From the NCBI GenBank assembly GCA_039024555.1, contig JBCCQQ010000052.1, forward strand, positions 1 through 45,070: a stretch of DNA of 45,070 nucleotides. The letters are read 5' to 3'. The notes below the pieces were generated by a model, which was given only the letters and a program-made list of their open reading frames with translations, searched no databases and was not told the origin of the DNA. The translations under genes and the position numbers were made by a program. This DNA comes from Cyanobacteria bacterium P01_D01_bin.156 (GTDB taxonomy: Bacteria; Cyanobacteriota; Cyanobacteriia; Phormidesmidales; Phormidesmidaceae). Positions 27,967 to 37,310 of this stretch are shown piece by piece (position 1 is the first letter of the stretch; each line of letters starts with the position of its first letter).

Positions 27967-30900
27967 CTAGGGCTGCTCTGGCACCGCATTAATATCGTCC
28001 TCAATTTGCAAAATATCATTGGTGGCTGGCGCTGCACACTCACCAGAACCGTCCTCTGAACGACTGGCAATTAGGCTCGATGTGGCAGGTTGGCAAATGG
28101 CGTCAGTATCAACCTCTGGATCATTGTCAGCCACCAGGGTTTCTGTTTCCCCAAGAGAATCTCCCGTTACAGGGTTATCCACCTCTGGAGACACAATTAC
28201 AGGTGGATCTGGCTCAATATTTGGCGGTAAGGGACGATTCAAAAACGTAGAATAGACCTGGCCATTGTTAATATCATTGCCGACAACAATCGCACCCACG
28301 GTCCCACTAATGGCAGAGGGAATGGTCTCATATACTGTAAAGTCCCCTGAACGATATAGAGTGATTGCCGCAGTTGCATCCAGCGGATCAAACCCAGCTA
28401 AATTGTTATCGTTATCCTCCAGCCCTGAGTTAATGGTGGGTCCAATGGCAAACTCATAGTCACCTGCACCCCCGTCAATGACGACATCTTCACTGTCAGG
28501 CAAGTCCATGCCCCCATGGCGGATAGCGATGTTAGATGTTTCACCATCGCCCGAGTAAGCGATTATGCTTGTAGGCACCTCCTGATCATTAATCACTAAA
28601 ACTGTCGCTTCAGAAATTTCTAACTCAGCTCGATCAAACCCCTGACTCACCAGGTAATCAATCACCTCCGGACTGTCCTTAATGGGGATGGTACCTTCTT
28701 CCACGCCACCGATGGTGCCTAAAAAGAAACTGTCTGTCTCCCCAACAGCTCGAAATCGTTCCGCTGCATTAATATCTACTCCGCCTACTCCAGCACGAAT
28801 GCTACCCACTTCGATATCTCCTTGGGTAGAAATTAGGCTAACTTTTCCCTCCGTTGCTTCATCGGAAAGATTGGTATCAGGGTTATAGCCTTGCAAGCGT
28901 CCCGTCTGGATCTCAGAACCACGGATGTCAATCTCACCACCATCACTCATCACTGATTGCACAGTCACTGATTCGGCGGCATTAATGCTAACATCGCCAC
29001 CTCGGGTGAAGGGAGGAGCAAAGTCGTCGACATCCACTTGGGCGGTGGAAGTGTTAATATCCCCGGTGGTGATTTGTCCGGTGGCACTGAGGATAACAGG
29101 TCCCCCTTCCCCCTGGACAACCCGAGTATCAATATCCCCTACTGAAATATTTCCTATGGTGGCAGCGCTGCTGGTAAAGGTGGTGCCGCCTACGCTTTCT
29201 CCTGGCTCATTTGAAGCGTTTTGGAGAGCATTGCCTGCCCGTAAAATCAACGCTGACGAACTATTTAGTTGCGGAATATCAGGATCTGCCCCCGCCAATG
29301 TTGGATTAGGACCAACAATAGTGATATCTCCACCGCTAATACTACCTTGAGTCTCCACCTTAAGAGCTAGACCTATGTAATCACCAAAGCTGATATCTCC
29401 CGTGCTGCTAATGAGTGTATCGGTGGATGTACCACTTAGATCACCAGGGTTATCAGTCAAATCCAAGGCAAGAAAATCATTGCCAGCATTAAACGTAGCA
29501 TCAGCCACAATCACACCGTCGCTTCTTAAAGTCAAATCTCCTACTATTGTCCTTAACTCCGATCCAGGATTGTTATTGGCCTGCACTCGTAAAAGCTCTG
29601 TTCCCTGTAAAACTAGCTCGTTGCCAGCACTCATAGTCAAGGCATCATCAAGTGAATCGTTAACAAAAGTAGTGCCGTCTGCTAGCAACTCAATATCATT
29701 CGTAGCCATCCAGCTGCCGCTTTCAACGGTGATATCTTCCGGTGTCGTAATTGAGATGCTACCCCCAGCCGTAATCGTAGCGTTTCGACTGCGAATATCA
29801 TTTTGACTAGCAATTGAAATATCTCCCCCCGTATCAATCTGGCCAAATAAATTGGCAAATGAGGGCAAATCTTGAGCCGTAATCACAATACCCATGGTCG
29901 TATTAATTGACCGAAAGAAATCAATGGCGTTACCTTGAAGCGTTAAGCTCGATAACATAAAATTGTTACCCACTGCGCTATCCAGGTTAATATTTCCATC
30001 CCCAGCTATTAGCTCCAGGCTAACTAATCCTAGGGAACCATCAATACTATTAGAAAAACCACCGAATCCAATATTAATATCTCCCGGCTGTCCAACACCA
30101 GTATTAAAGGTGGCGTTAGCGGGCAACAAAATATTATCAGTTAACTCAATATCACCACCGTCAGTAAAAAGATTACCTAAGGTCAGCGTATTGGCATCAA
30201 TAATTAAGTTTCTACCGTTGGTGGCAATGGTATCAGAACCATCCATAATAAACTCGTTGCCCGCATCAAACTCAATGGTGCTATCGCCTGCCTGAAAGGT
30301 GAGTTCGTTATCGGGTAAATCATCCAGGGTAATATTGTTGCTGGCTTGAAGAATCACATTGGTATCACCGCTGAGTCCCTCTAATTCTGACTCAAAAAGA
30401 GTAACAGTGGCTCCTGGAAAATCAGTCTCTAAAATTTGTCCCAAAAGCCCACTAACATCACCCTCAAATGTCATATTAGAACTATCGCCATCGCCATCAC
30501 CAGTGCCAGCGGCAATCACGATATTGAGAGGATCTAATAATAGGGTCCCCATTTCACCAGCGGTAGCATTAGTATCCACATTGCCACGGAAAATCAGCTG
30601 ATCTTTACCAGAGATTTCTACAAACCCACCATCGCCCAATTGATCTCCACCACGGGCACTCACGCTGCCGTAGAAGCTTGTCAAACCATCAGCCCAGGCC
30701 ACGGCCAGACCACCATCCCCTGTATCTGCGCTACTGACATCCAGGTTAGACCCAGCATCGATGTAAGTAATCTGCGCATTTGGAATGGCATCATTCCCCT
30801 GGTAGCCTCCACCAACCCGGATGGTGCCCCCTTGATCTATGCCTGATGCGTCCAGGTTAGCGTTAAGAAGTGCAGTGCGATCGCCAATAACATTAATCTC

Positions 30901-31851
30901 TCCCCCTGACTGACCGCCGACATCCAAGTTACCGGCAACGGCGGTGGTACCAGCCCCATTTGGAAGAGTCACCCCCTGGAGTGAGACGGTGCCATCGGGG
31001 GCAATGGCTAGCTCACTGCTTTCGTTAATCGCGCCCCCGGTGAGTAATTCCGGTAGTGACAAGGCAGACAGGCCCTGCTCCGGGGCGAGGGGGATAAGTT
31101 CCATGGTCAACACTCCATCGGCAGCCCCTAGGGTAACCACCTGCTGTCCGTTCACGGATGCCAACGTTACCCACCCACCTGGGGCAGACACACTCCCCGT
31201 ATTCACCACGTTGCCCGCCAACAGAGTTAGGCTTTGATGCTGATCAACGGCAAGCTCTCCCAGGTTAACCACGCTGCCTGCCTGCAGAGCGCTGAACGAA
31301 AACTGGTTAGGGTCACCGGTCAACAAACCGTAGTCACTGGTTCCCACAGAATCCCACCAGCTGTCGCCAAAGCCTACACGATCCGCTGTTGTTGCCGTAA
31401 AGCTGCCGTTTAAGTCCAGCCTGGCATTTTCACCAAACAAAATTCCAGACGGATTGAGTAAAAACAGATTGGCATCGCTGTTGCTTACTTGCAAAATGCC
31501 ATCGATATAGGAGGCATTTCCCCCCTGTACTCGGCCTAGAATATTTTGCACCTGGGGGTTGGCAACAAAGTTGGCAGTCTGCTGCTCTGTTAAACCAAAC
31601 TGTTCAAAGCTGTGGAATAGGTTGCCACCATCCCCAGAGGTTTGTCCTCCAGTAATCTCAATTTGATGGCCAGTGGATGTTACAACCGTACTGGCCTCAG
31701 CCGGGGTAATGGCCTGTGCCACCAGAACATCGGGTTGAGCACCGTTGCTAAAGCGTGGTTGAGCTGAAGCAGCTGGAACAGCTACGGGGGGTAGGGCCGC
31801 GGACGGAGCATTTTCCGGAATGGTCACTGCAAGGAGGGCAACTGGCAGCAT
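27967..31851 (-). CDS. Filamentous haemagglutinin N-terminal domain (TpsA-like) exoprotein
   Basis: NLFHSFEQF, NLFLLNPSGILFG, GGFVEISG and GTLLLDP motifs, beta-helix-type repeats, and a C-terminal Cys pair. Confidence 0.9.
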   Translation of the reverse strand: MLPVALLAVTIPENAPSAALPPVAVPAASAQPRFSNGAQPDVLVAQAITPAEASTVVTSTGHQIEITGGQTSGDGGNLFHSFEQFGLTEQQTANFVANPQVQNILGRVQGGNASYIDGILQVSNSDANLFLLNPSGILFGENARLDLNGSFTATTADRVGFGDSWWDSVGTSDYGLLTGDPNQFSFSALQAGSVVNLGELAVDQHQSLTLLAGNVVNTGSVSAPGGWVTLASVNGQQVVTLGAADGVLTMELIPLAPEQGLSALSLPELLTGGAINESSELAIAPDGTVSLQGVTLPNGAGTTAVAGNLDVGGQSGGEINVIGDRTALLNANLDASGIDQGGTIRVGGGYQGNDAIPNAQITYIDAGSNLDVSSADTGDGGLAVAWADGLTSFYGSVSARGGDQLGDGGFVEISGKDQLIFRGNVDTNATAGEMGTLLLDPLNIVIAAGTGDGDGDSSNMTFEGDVSGLLGQILETDFPGATVTLFESELEGLSGDTNVILQASNNITLDDLPDNELTFQAGDSTIEFDAGNEFIMDGSDTIATNGRNLIIDANTLTLGNLFTDGGDIELTDNILLPANATFNTGVGQPGDINIGFGGFSNSIDGSLGLVSLELIAGDGNINLDSAVGNNFMLSSLTLQGNAIDFFRSINTTMGIVITAQDLPSFANLFGQIDTGGDISIASQNDIRSRNATITAGGSISITTPEDITVESGSWMATNDIELLADGTTFVNDSLDDALTMSAGNELVLQGTELLRVQANNNPGSELRTIVGDLTLRSDGVIVADATFNAGNDFLALDLTDNPGDLSGTSTDTLISSTGDISFGDYIGLALKVETQGSISGGDITIVGPNPTLAGADPDIPQLNSSSALILRAGNALQNASNEPGESVGGTTFTSSAATIGNISVGDIDTRVVQGEGGPVILSATGQITTGDINTSTAQVDVDDFAPPFTRGGDVSINAAESVTVQSVMSDGGEIDIRGSEIQTGRLQGYNPDTNLSDEATEGKVSLISTQGDIEVGSIRAGVGGVDINAAERFRAVGETDSFFLGTIGGVEEGTIPIKDSPEVIDYLVSQGFDRAELEISEATVLVINDQEVPTSIIAYSGDGETSNIAIRHGGMDLPDSEDVVIDGGAGDYEFAIGPTINSGLEDNDNNLAGFDPLDATAAITLYRSGDFTVYETIPSAISGTVGAIVVGNDINNGQVYSTFLNRPLPPNIEPDPPVIVSPEVDNPVTGDSLGETETLVADNDPEVDTDAICQPATSSLIASRSEDGSGECAAPATNDILQIEDDINAVPEQP

Positions 31852-31899
31852 GGGGAACTCCTTTGGTTAATTTTTTGCTTTAAAGGGCTGAAACGGGGG

Positions 31900-32643
31900 C
31901 TATTGAGTAGAAGACCGATTTGCTGATAAACAATCAACACTTAAACAACAGTCAACTAAGGTGGCTTCCATGAGATTATTTAGCTGGACCATGGGATGGG
32001 CCAGGACCGTTTGCCATGCCTCAGTCCACTGCTCTGACTGCTGTTGTAGCAACAGGGAGTGAACCATGTCGTACCACAGACCGTTGGTGGCAAGCAGGTC
32101 AGGTTTCTCTGCATCAGGGGTATCGGCTAGAGCCGTCTGCAGCTCATCACTGGCCCTACGGCGAAAAATGATGCCATCGGCCTGGCGGCTACCTGTGTAG
32201 GTAATGTTGGCGGTGCTAAATTGTTCGCACTCTAGACTAATTTGCCAGCGGTAATATTGGTTGACCTGCAACGCTGGGGCAGTCTCCGGCAGGGTGTAAA
32301 AACTAATGCCCGGTCCATCGACCTGCTCAAAGGTAACCTGATGCAAAATCTGTTGCGATCGCTCATCCCTAAGCTCAAAGGTAAGATTTGTTACGGGGTC
32401 AGATACGTAAATACCAAAGCTAGGGCGTGCCTGCAGGGTTTCTCCCCAGTTGGTTTGGGTGGGCTGTACTGCCGTTAGGTTGCCACAGGGGCCCGTACGG
32501 CTACCGGCATCCCACGTACTGGAGGGGGCACCCCGATTCGGTGGGTTGTACTGCAGGGCCAATCCCGGCAGGGATAGCACCGTACCCATAGCGGCTACTG
32601 AGCTAATGAATGCCTTTAGAAATGAATACGATAGTCGAGACAT
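31900..32643 (-). CDS. DUF928 family exported protein
   Basis: Signal peptide, PP.RGAP...AGSR.C, YYRW, GLWYD and W..L..VQL motifs. Confidence 0.88.
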   Translation of the reverse strand: MSRLSYSFLKAFISSVAAMGTVLSLPGLALQYNPPNRGAPSSTWDAGSRTGPCGNLTAVQPTQTNWGETLQARPSFGIYVSDPVTNLTFELRDERSQQILHQVTFEQVDGPGISFYTLPETAPALQVNQYYRWQISLECEQFSTANITYTGSRQADGIIFRRRASDELQTALADTPDAEKPDLLATNGLWYDMVHSLLLQQQSEQWTEAWQTVLAHPMVQLNNLMEATLVDCCLSVDCLSANRSSTQ

Positions 32644-32696
32644 GGGGCAGATTCCCTCTTCGTATAAGTTGTAACTACATTAGCTTCAGTAACAGG

Positions 32697-35012
32697 TCAG
32701 GAATTACCAGAGGGGCGATCTTTTCTAGTAACGCCAGGCAAAGCTACAGCCGTACCACTGCCGCTTAATAACGCCAGGGTGCCAGGCACTAGTGGCACCC
32801 ACCAGCCCATGGCAAATAGCCACCAGCTAACGCCATACAACGCCAAGGTGGTTAGACCTAAACTGAGCAGCCACAGTGGCCACGTTCGGCGTTTAACTGT
32901 TAGTCCACAGCCTATCAAAGCACCCCCAGCAATCCATAGCCAATCGGCCCAAACGGGGGTACTTTTTAACAAAGCACCGTTGTCTAGGGCCGCAGCTAAA
33001 AGATAGTTAATGGTTTGGGCATGGATATCAATGCCAGGAATCTTGGTTTGGGACCAGGCTTTAGCCCCTAGGGGCGTAACAAAATAATCGGTGGGATTCG
33101 AATCAGGGGCGCTCATTCCCATGACAACAGCGTAATTTTCCAATGTTTCCCAATTGGTTTCACCTCTTAATAGCTCAGAGAGGGTAATGCGCTGTTCTGG
33201 CTGGACACCGCCGTAGCGCAACAACAGTTGAAAGCCTCGGGCATCAATGCCCTGATAGCCGCCGCTGCCAGTTTCTAGGGGGGTAAGGGTGGCGTCCCCC
33301 AAACGCAGTAGCCGATCGCTCACGGTTTCCAACTGAATCCCATCGGCATCCAAATAGTGGAGGGTGGTCAGCATGGCCAGCGAGGTACGGCTGGTGCAGG
33401 GGTTGGTCGTATCAGGCTGGGCAAACAACAGCTGTCGCCGCAGCACACCGTCTGGATCCACCACCACATTGCTAAACCCCACCTGGGTTTCCGGTAGCTC
33501 CGGTGGTGGGGCAATTCCCCCCTGGTTACCGCCACCTTGGCCAAAACTGCACAGGGCGACCACATTATTGTCTTGAAAGGCTTCCCCTAGAAGAGTATTG
33601 GGCGCAGCCTCTGGACGAAAAATATCCAAACCAATTACCCGTGGATTATAGGGACGTAGCTGGTTGATGGCCATGGCCAGCACCTCATCCGGTAATGGAT
33701 AGCCATAGGTGTTGACATCTTCTCGTGTTGCTTCAACAACCAGTACCCGCTGGTTTACTTGGGCAGGCTGCTGTCGCATCAGCTGATCGTAGGCTGCCAG
33801 TTCTGAACGCTGCAGCACCCCGGTCCAACGCAGGATGCCGAGACTGGCGGTGACAATGGCCCCAAGGGTGAGTAACTGTTTAATGGGTAAACCACCCACC
33901 AAAGGTCTGTTGGAAGAACCACCTTGGGGCGCAACGGTTAACTGAGACCAGCGTTTGGGTAGGGATGGGTTGACTTGAAAGATAATGGGTAACCAGCTGG
34001 CACAGGGGAACTGGTCTTCGATGCCTTGTAACCGTTCTCGGGCCTGACGGGTAGACGAGTACAGCGAGCTACCCGCCCCATAGGCATCTAAAAAATATTT
34101 TAAGAAGGTTTGGGCCACCCGGTCAGGCACCGGTTCTCGCATCAACACCATTTGCGGTAGCCCGATGGGGGCCAAGACATTGGCCAGACCCAGACCATCA
34201 CAGGCATTAAAAATAGCTAACTGCAGCCCCTGACGTACCGCCTCACGTAGACCATATTTAAGCTCCTCCAGAGTGAGACTTTCCTTTGGATTAATAAAGA
34301 TTCGACCGGCACCGGCTTCGGTACGGCCATGGCCCGCAAAAAAGAGCAGATCCCAGGGTTGTTCCCACAGCTGATCCGTAATCTGTTGGCGCTGGGGTTC
34401 GACTAAAAAGGTCACCTCAGCGCCGGGAATAGCGTCCAATAGCTGACGGTCGGCGGTGACATCTATCCCACTGCTGTCCCCTAAAATCGCCAAAATTTTA
34501 ACAACGCTGGATTGTTGCCCAGGGGGAACATCCAACCGCTTTAGGGTGGGCGTTCCCAACGCAACTTCCAGTTGGGGATAGCGGTCGATCAGATCCCACA
34601 CATGCCAGGGTAGGTGTTGGAGATGAGAATTGGTGGTCCGAATAACCAAACGGACAGTATCGGTGGAATTGAGCTCTTCCCGCAGGGGGCGATCGATGGT
34701 GGAAAACGTAGGCGATAACAGCCACGCTTTGAACTGTTCCCCGAGGGCTTTAGCCGCCTGCTGACAGGACTCCACCGTATGGAGGGACCCCACATAGGTA
34801 ATCTCCAGGGGCTGAATTCGGGATGGGCTATCCATCAAGCGGTAGCTGTCCTGCCACGTTTGCAGCTGTTGCAACAGTCCTGGGTTGGGAGGTAGAGAGC
34901 CGATGGCTTCTAAATCTGGACGGGCACCCTCTGCACCAATTTCCAAAAGCACATGGAAACCGTTGTTTTCCAGATCGCCTTCAAGCTTTAGGGTGACGAG
35001 TTTCTCAGTCAT
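32697..35012 (-). CDS. CHAT-CHASE2 membrane protein (cytoplasmic caspase-like domain, extracytoplasmic CHASE2 sensor)
   Basis: KLVTLKL start, FFAGHG and IFNACDG dyad, SWLP, then a TM, CHASE2 (ELAAYDQLMR, VIGLDIFR, DPDGVLRR, PGIDIHA) and three C-terminal TMs. Confidence 0.9.
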   Translation of the reverse strand: MTEKLVTLKLEGDLENNGFHVLLEIGAEGARPDLEAIGSLPPNPGLLQQLQTWQDSYRLMDSPSRIQPLEITYVGSLHTVESCQQAAKALGEQFKAWLLSPTFSTIDRPLREELNSTDTVRLVIRTTNSHLQHLPWHVWDLIDRYPQLEVALGTPTLKRLDVPPGQQSSVVKILAILGDSSGIDVTADRQLLDAIPGAEVTFLVEPQRQQITDQLWEQPWDLLFFAGHGRTEAGAGRIFINPKESLTLEELKYGLREAVRQGLQLAIFNACDGLGLANVLAPIGLPQMVLMREPVPDRVAQTFLKYFLDAYGAGSSLYSSTRQARERLQGIEDQFPCASWLPIIFQVNPSLPKRWSQLTVAPQGGSSNRPLVGGLPIKQLLTLGAIVTASLGILRWTGVLQRSELAAYDQLMRQQPAQVNQRVLVVEATREDVNTYGYPLPDEVLAMAINQLRPYNPRVIGLDIFRPEAAPNTLLGEAFQDNNVVALCSFGQGGGNQGGIAPPPELPETQVGFSNVVVDPDGVLRRQLLFAQPDTTNPCTSRTSLAMLTTLHYLDADGIQLETVSDRLLRLGDATLTPLETGSGGYQGIDARGFQLLLRYGGVQPEQRITLSELLRGETNWETLENYAVVMGMSAPDSNPTDYFVTPLGAKAWSQTKIPGIDIHAQTINYLLAAALDNGALLKSTPVWADWLWIAGGALIGCGLTVKRRTWPLWLLSLGLTTLALYGVSWWLFAMGWWVPLVPGTLALLSGSGTAVALPGVTRKDRPSGNS

Positions 35013-35016
35013 GGCA

Positions 35017-35931
35017 TTAAATCACGAACCTTTCGGCAAAGCTGGTGTCCTGGAGGGTCAGCCGAAGGCTAAATTCTTCGCCGGGGTGACCGGTAAATTT
35101 TAGCTGAATGGCCTCTGTGGCTCGGGCTTCCGCCTGCATCACTTCTTGGTTATTGCTGTCTAAAACACCGAGCTTTAGCTGGGGCGGCAGGTACGATTCT
35201 GTCTCAGCGCCATGCACATGCACCTGAATTTCTGTTTGAGTATCCGACAGAGGCAACAGACCCACCGTCAGGGTAATCTCCTGGTTGTTTAAGCTAATGC
35301 GCTTGCTGCGAGTAATTAGGTCTTCATTGACGGCAGCAGCCTGGTTTCTAAAAGCCAGGGTCCTGGGGATGGCCATGCTATCCAACACTTGCCAACCCTC
35401 ATCAGCCAGGTTCTGTAACCAACGGCTGAGTTGAGTCATTTGTTCTCCCGCCTGTTGAAGTACGGTGGGTATCAACAACTCTGAAAGAATATCCAAGGAC
35501 TGCAGCTGATCAAGGGCTATTTGAGTCGCAGGTTGGGTAACAACGCCAAGGAGGGTGGCGGTGCGTAAACTATCATCCAGGTGCACAACAACATAGCCCA
35601 GACGATCCTGGTGCAGCTCAGGGGCGATCGCAACCTCGCTGACTTCCCCTACCACAGGCAAACACTCTAGCTGACCATAGCCTTTAACGGCTAGGGCAGC
35701 TGTTCCCAACAACATCTGCTGCACCGGATTCAGACCATCGCTGGCGGCCAGATCGGGCTCGTATCCCAAACATTCGAGATAAAAGCGAGTGGCATAGATG
35801 GCCAGGGTATTGAGATACACCTGTTTTGCTTTTTGAGGTGACGGCTGATGTTTTCGAAATTGTTCCGCCTGGTGGTGAGGCTCTAGGGAAAGGGGAACGG
35901 TAACGTTGGAAAGAGTCGAAGGGATAGTCAT
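35017..35931 (-). CDS. DUF1822 family protein (candidate anti-sigma)
   Basis: KAKQVYLNTLA, LECLPV, DRLGYVVV, LSRWLQ..GWQ, YLPP.LKL and GEEFS motifs. Start set at MTIPS, because the longer ORF overlaps the sigma gene. Confidence 0.88.
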   Translation of the reverse strand: MTIPSTLSNVTVPLSLEPHHQAEQFRKHQPSPQKAKQVYLNTLAIYATRFYLECLGYEPDLAASDGLNPVQQMLLGTAALAVKGYGQLECLPVVGEVSEVAIAPELHQDRLGYVVVHLDDSLRTATLLGVVTQPATQIALDQLQSLDILSELLIPTVLQQAGEQMTQLSRWLQNLADEGWQVLDSMAIPRTLAFRNQAAAVNEDLITRSKRISLNNQEITLTVGLLPLSDTQTEIQVHVHGAETESYLPPQLKLGVLDSNNQEVMQAEARATEAIQLKFTGHPGEEFSLRLTLQDTSFAERFVI

Positions 35932-35989
35932 GGCCGGGTTGCCTTTGCTGCACAGCGGTTTGGGAAGAAAAAAGGGGAAAAGGGGAACG

Positions 35990-36901
35990 CTACAAAAGGG
36001 TTTGAAACTGGTCGGAAAATTTGTCGCAACAGCGTTGAAAGAAACTGCTGAGGGTGGGAATCTTAATTCCCAACTGGGTGGAAATCTCTTCCCAGCTTTG
36101 GTCAGCAAATCGAGCTAGGGCAATCGCCTGAAAGCTGGCATCGGGACGTTTACGAATGTGGGTAGATTGGAACACCCCCTCTGGATCGGCGGCGATATAA
36201 TCTCGCACATCCTTGGCCAGAGAAGATTGGGGTTCCGGCTGGGACAACCGTTCAAGATCGTTGAGGTTGGGCAGTTCCTGAGTGTCGCGATCGCTAAACT
36301 GACGACGACATTCAATCACCATGCGGTCCAAGCGAAAATTGACCCAGTTCATAAACTTTTGGGCCTGCCCCCGGTTGGGGTCATAGGTGTCAATTTTCTG
36401 ACAGACGTACACCAGGGTACGGTTGACAGCTTCCTCGTAGAGTAGGGGATAAAACGAGGGGGAGAATTTTGCCCGATGGGGATGGGCCAGCCGTCCACAG
36501 GCACGAATTGCTTCCACCAGCTGCAGTAGGGCATGCTGTCGCAGACCGCTGGGGTTTGGCTGGCTTTGGGCCTCTAGGGCCAGACCCTTGAGCAACGGGT
36601 CAGTGAGGGCGGTTTGGGTGGCCTGGGTACGGAGTCCATAGCCCCAGCTGGGGTCAGGCTGCAATAGTCCTTTTTCAAAACAGTCTTGCAAAAGATCCTT
36701 CAGGGTTTGCCGGATGCGATCGCAAATGTCTTTATAGATCCCTGCCAGGGGCTGACCTCTGGGGGGACGGCCTACTTTTCGCGATCGCATCATCATATCC
36801 ACTAGCTCAGAGAACGTGTCAGCGTCCCCATCCGACTGCCCCTGAAGCATCAGAATAAGCTGCTTAAAACGCGATTCCATAGGCCAAAGTAATACCAGCA
36901 T
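35990..36901 (-). CDS. Sigma-70-like factor (cyanobacterial HetZ/ECF-like clade)
   Basis: Region-2-like YEEAV...KIDTYDPNRG..FMNWVNF, region-4 HTH SWEEIS..LGIKIPTLSSFFQR, and a GAGGAGG RBS at 36911-36917. Confidence 0.82.
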   Translation of the reverse strand: MLVLLWPMESRFKQLILMLQGQSDGDADTFSELVDMMMRSRKVGRPPRGQPLAGIYKDICDRIRQTLKDLLQDCFEKGLLQPDPSWGYGLRTQATQTALTDPLLKGLALEAQSQPNPSGLRQHALLQLVEAIRACGRLAHPHRAKFSPSFYPLLYEEAVNRTLVYVCQKIDTYDPNRGQAQKFMNWVNFRLDRMVIECRRQFSDRDTQELPNLNDLERLSQPEPQSSLAKDVRDYIAADPEGVFQSTHIRKRPDASFQAIALARFADQSWEEISTQLGIKIPTLSSFFQRCCDKFSDQFQTLL

Positions 36902-36940
36902 TCATACAAACCTCCTCAAGATTATCGATCTGTTTCCTGA

Positions 36941-36973
36941 TAACTCGTATGAATCGATCACTTTTTATGCAAA
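36941..36973 (-). promoter_or_regulatory. Shared bipartite promoter motif, copy 1 (upstream of the sigma operon)
   Basis: Minus strand: TTTGCATAAAA-AGTGATCGATTCATA-CGAGTTA. Confidence 0.7.
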
Positions 36974-37186
36974 AGTCAACAATTTAGGTGGACTCAATCT
37001 TTCATAAGAAACGAATACTTGCTTGTGCAAGGGAAACCCCAATTTGCCTAATTGACATAACGTTGATACTTCCGAAAAGAAGAAAAGCCCTGAGCGTCCC
37101 TTTTCTCAATGTCGATTCTAACCTTCCAAGTAGGGACCGTACTATTTAACCAAGCATTCACCAAAAATCTCAAAAAAAAGATCCAG

Positions 37187-37220
37187 CATTTGCATAAAAG
37201 TCAGTTTTCTTCCACGAGTA
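37187..37220 (+). promoter_or_regulatory. Shared bipartite promoter motif, copy 2 (upstream of the RTX metalloprotease)
   Basis: CATTTGCATAAAA-GTCAGTTTTCTTCCA-CGAGTA. Confidence 0.72.
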
Positions 37221-37310
37221 GCCATCGAAAGGACAACAAACCAACAACGTCCTTCTATGGTTCATCTCTTTAGGAACTAATCCCCCAACCCTTTCTGGAG
37301 ACTTTTAACA

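Noticed and set aside
35932..36108. N-terminal extension of the DUF1822 ORF
   Set aside because: Overlaps the 3' end of the sigma gene; family similarity begins after the ATG at 35931.
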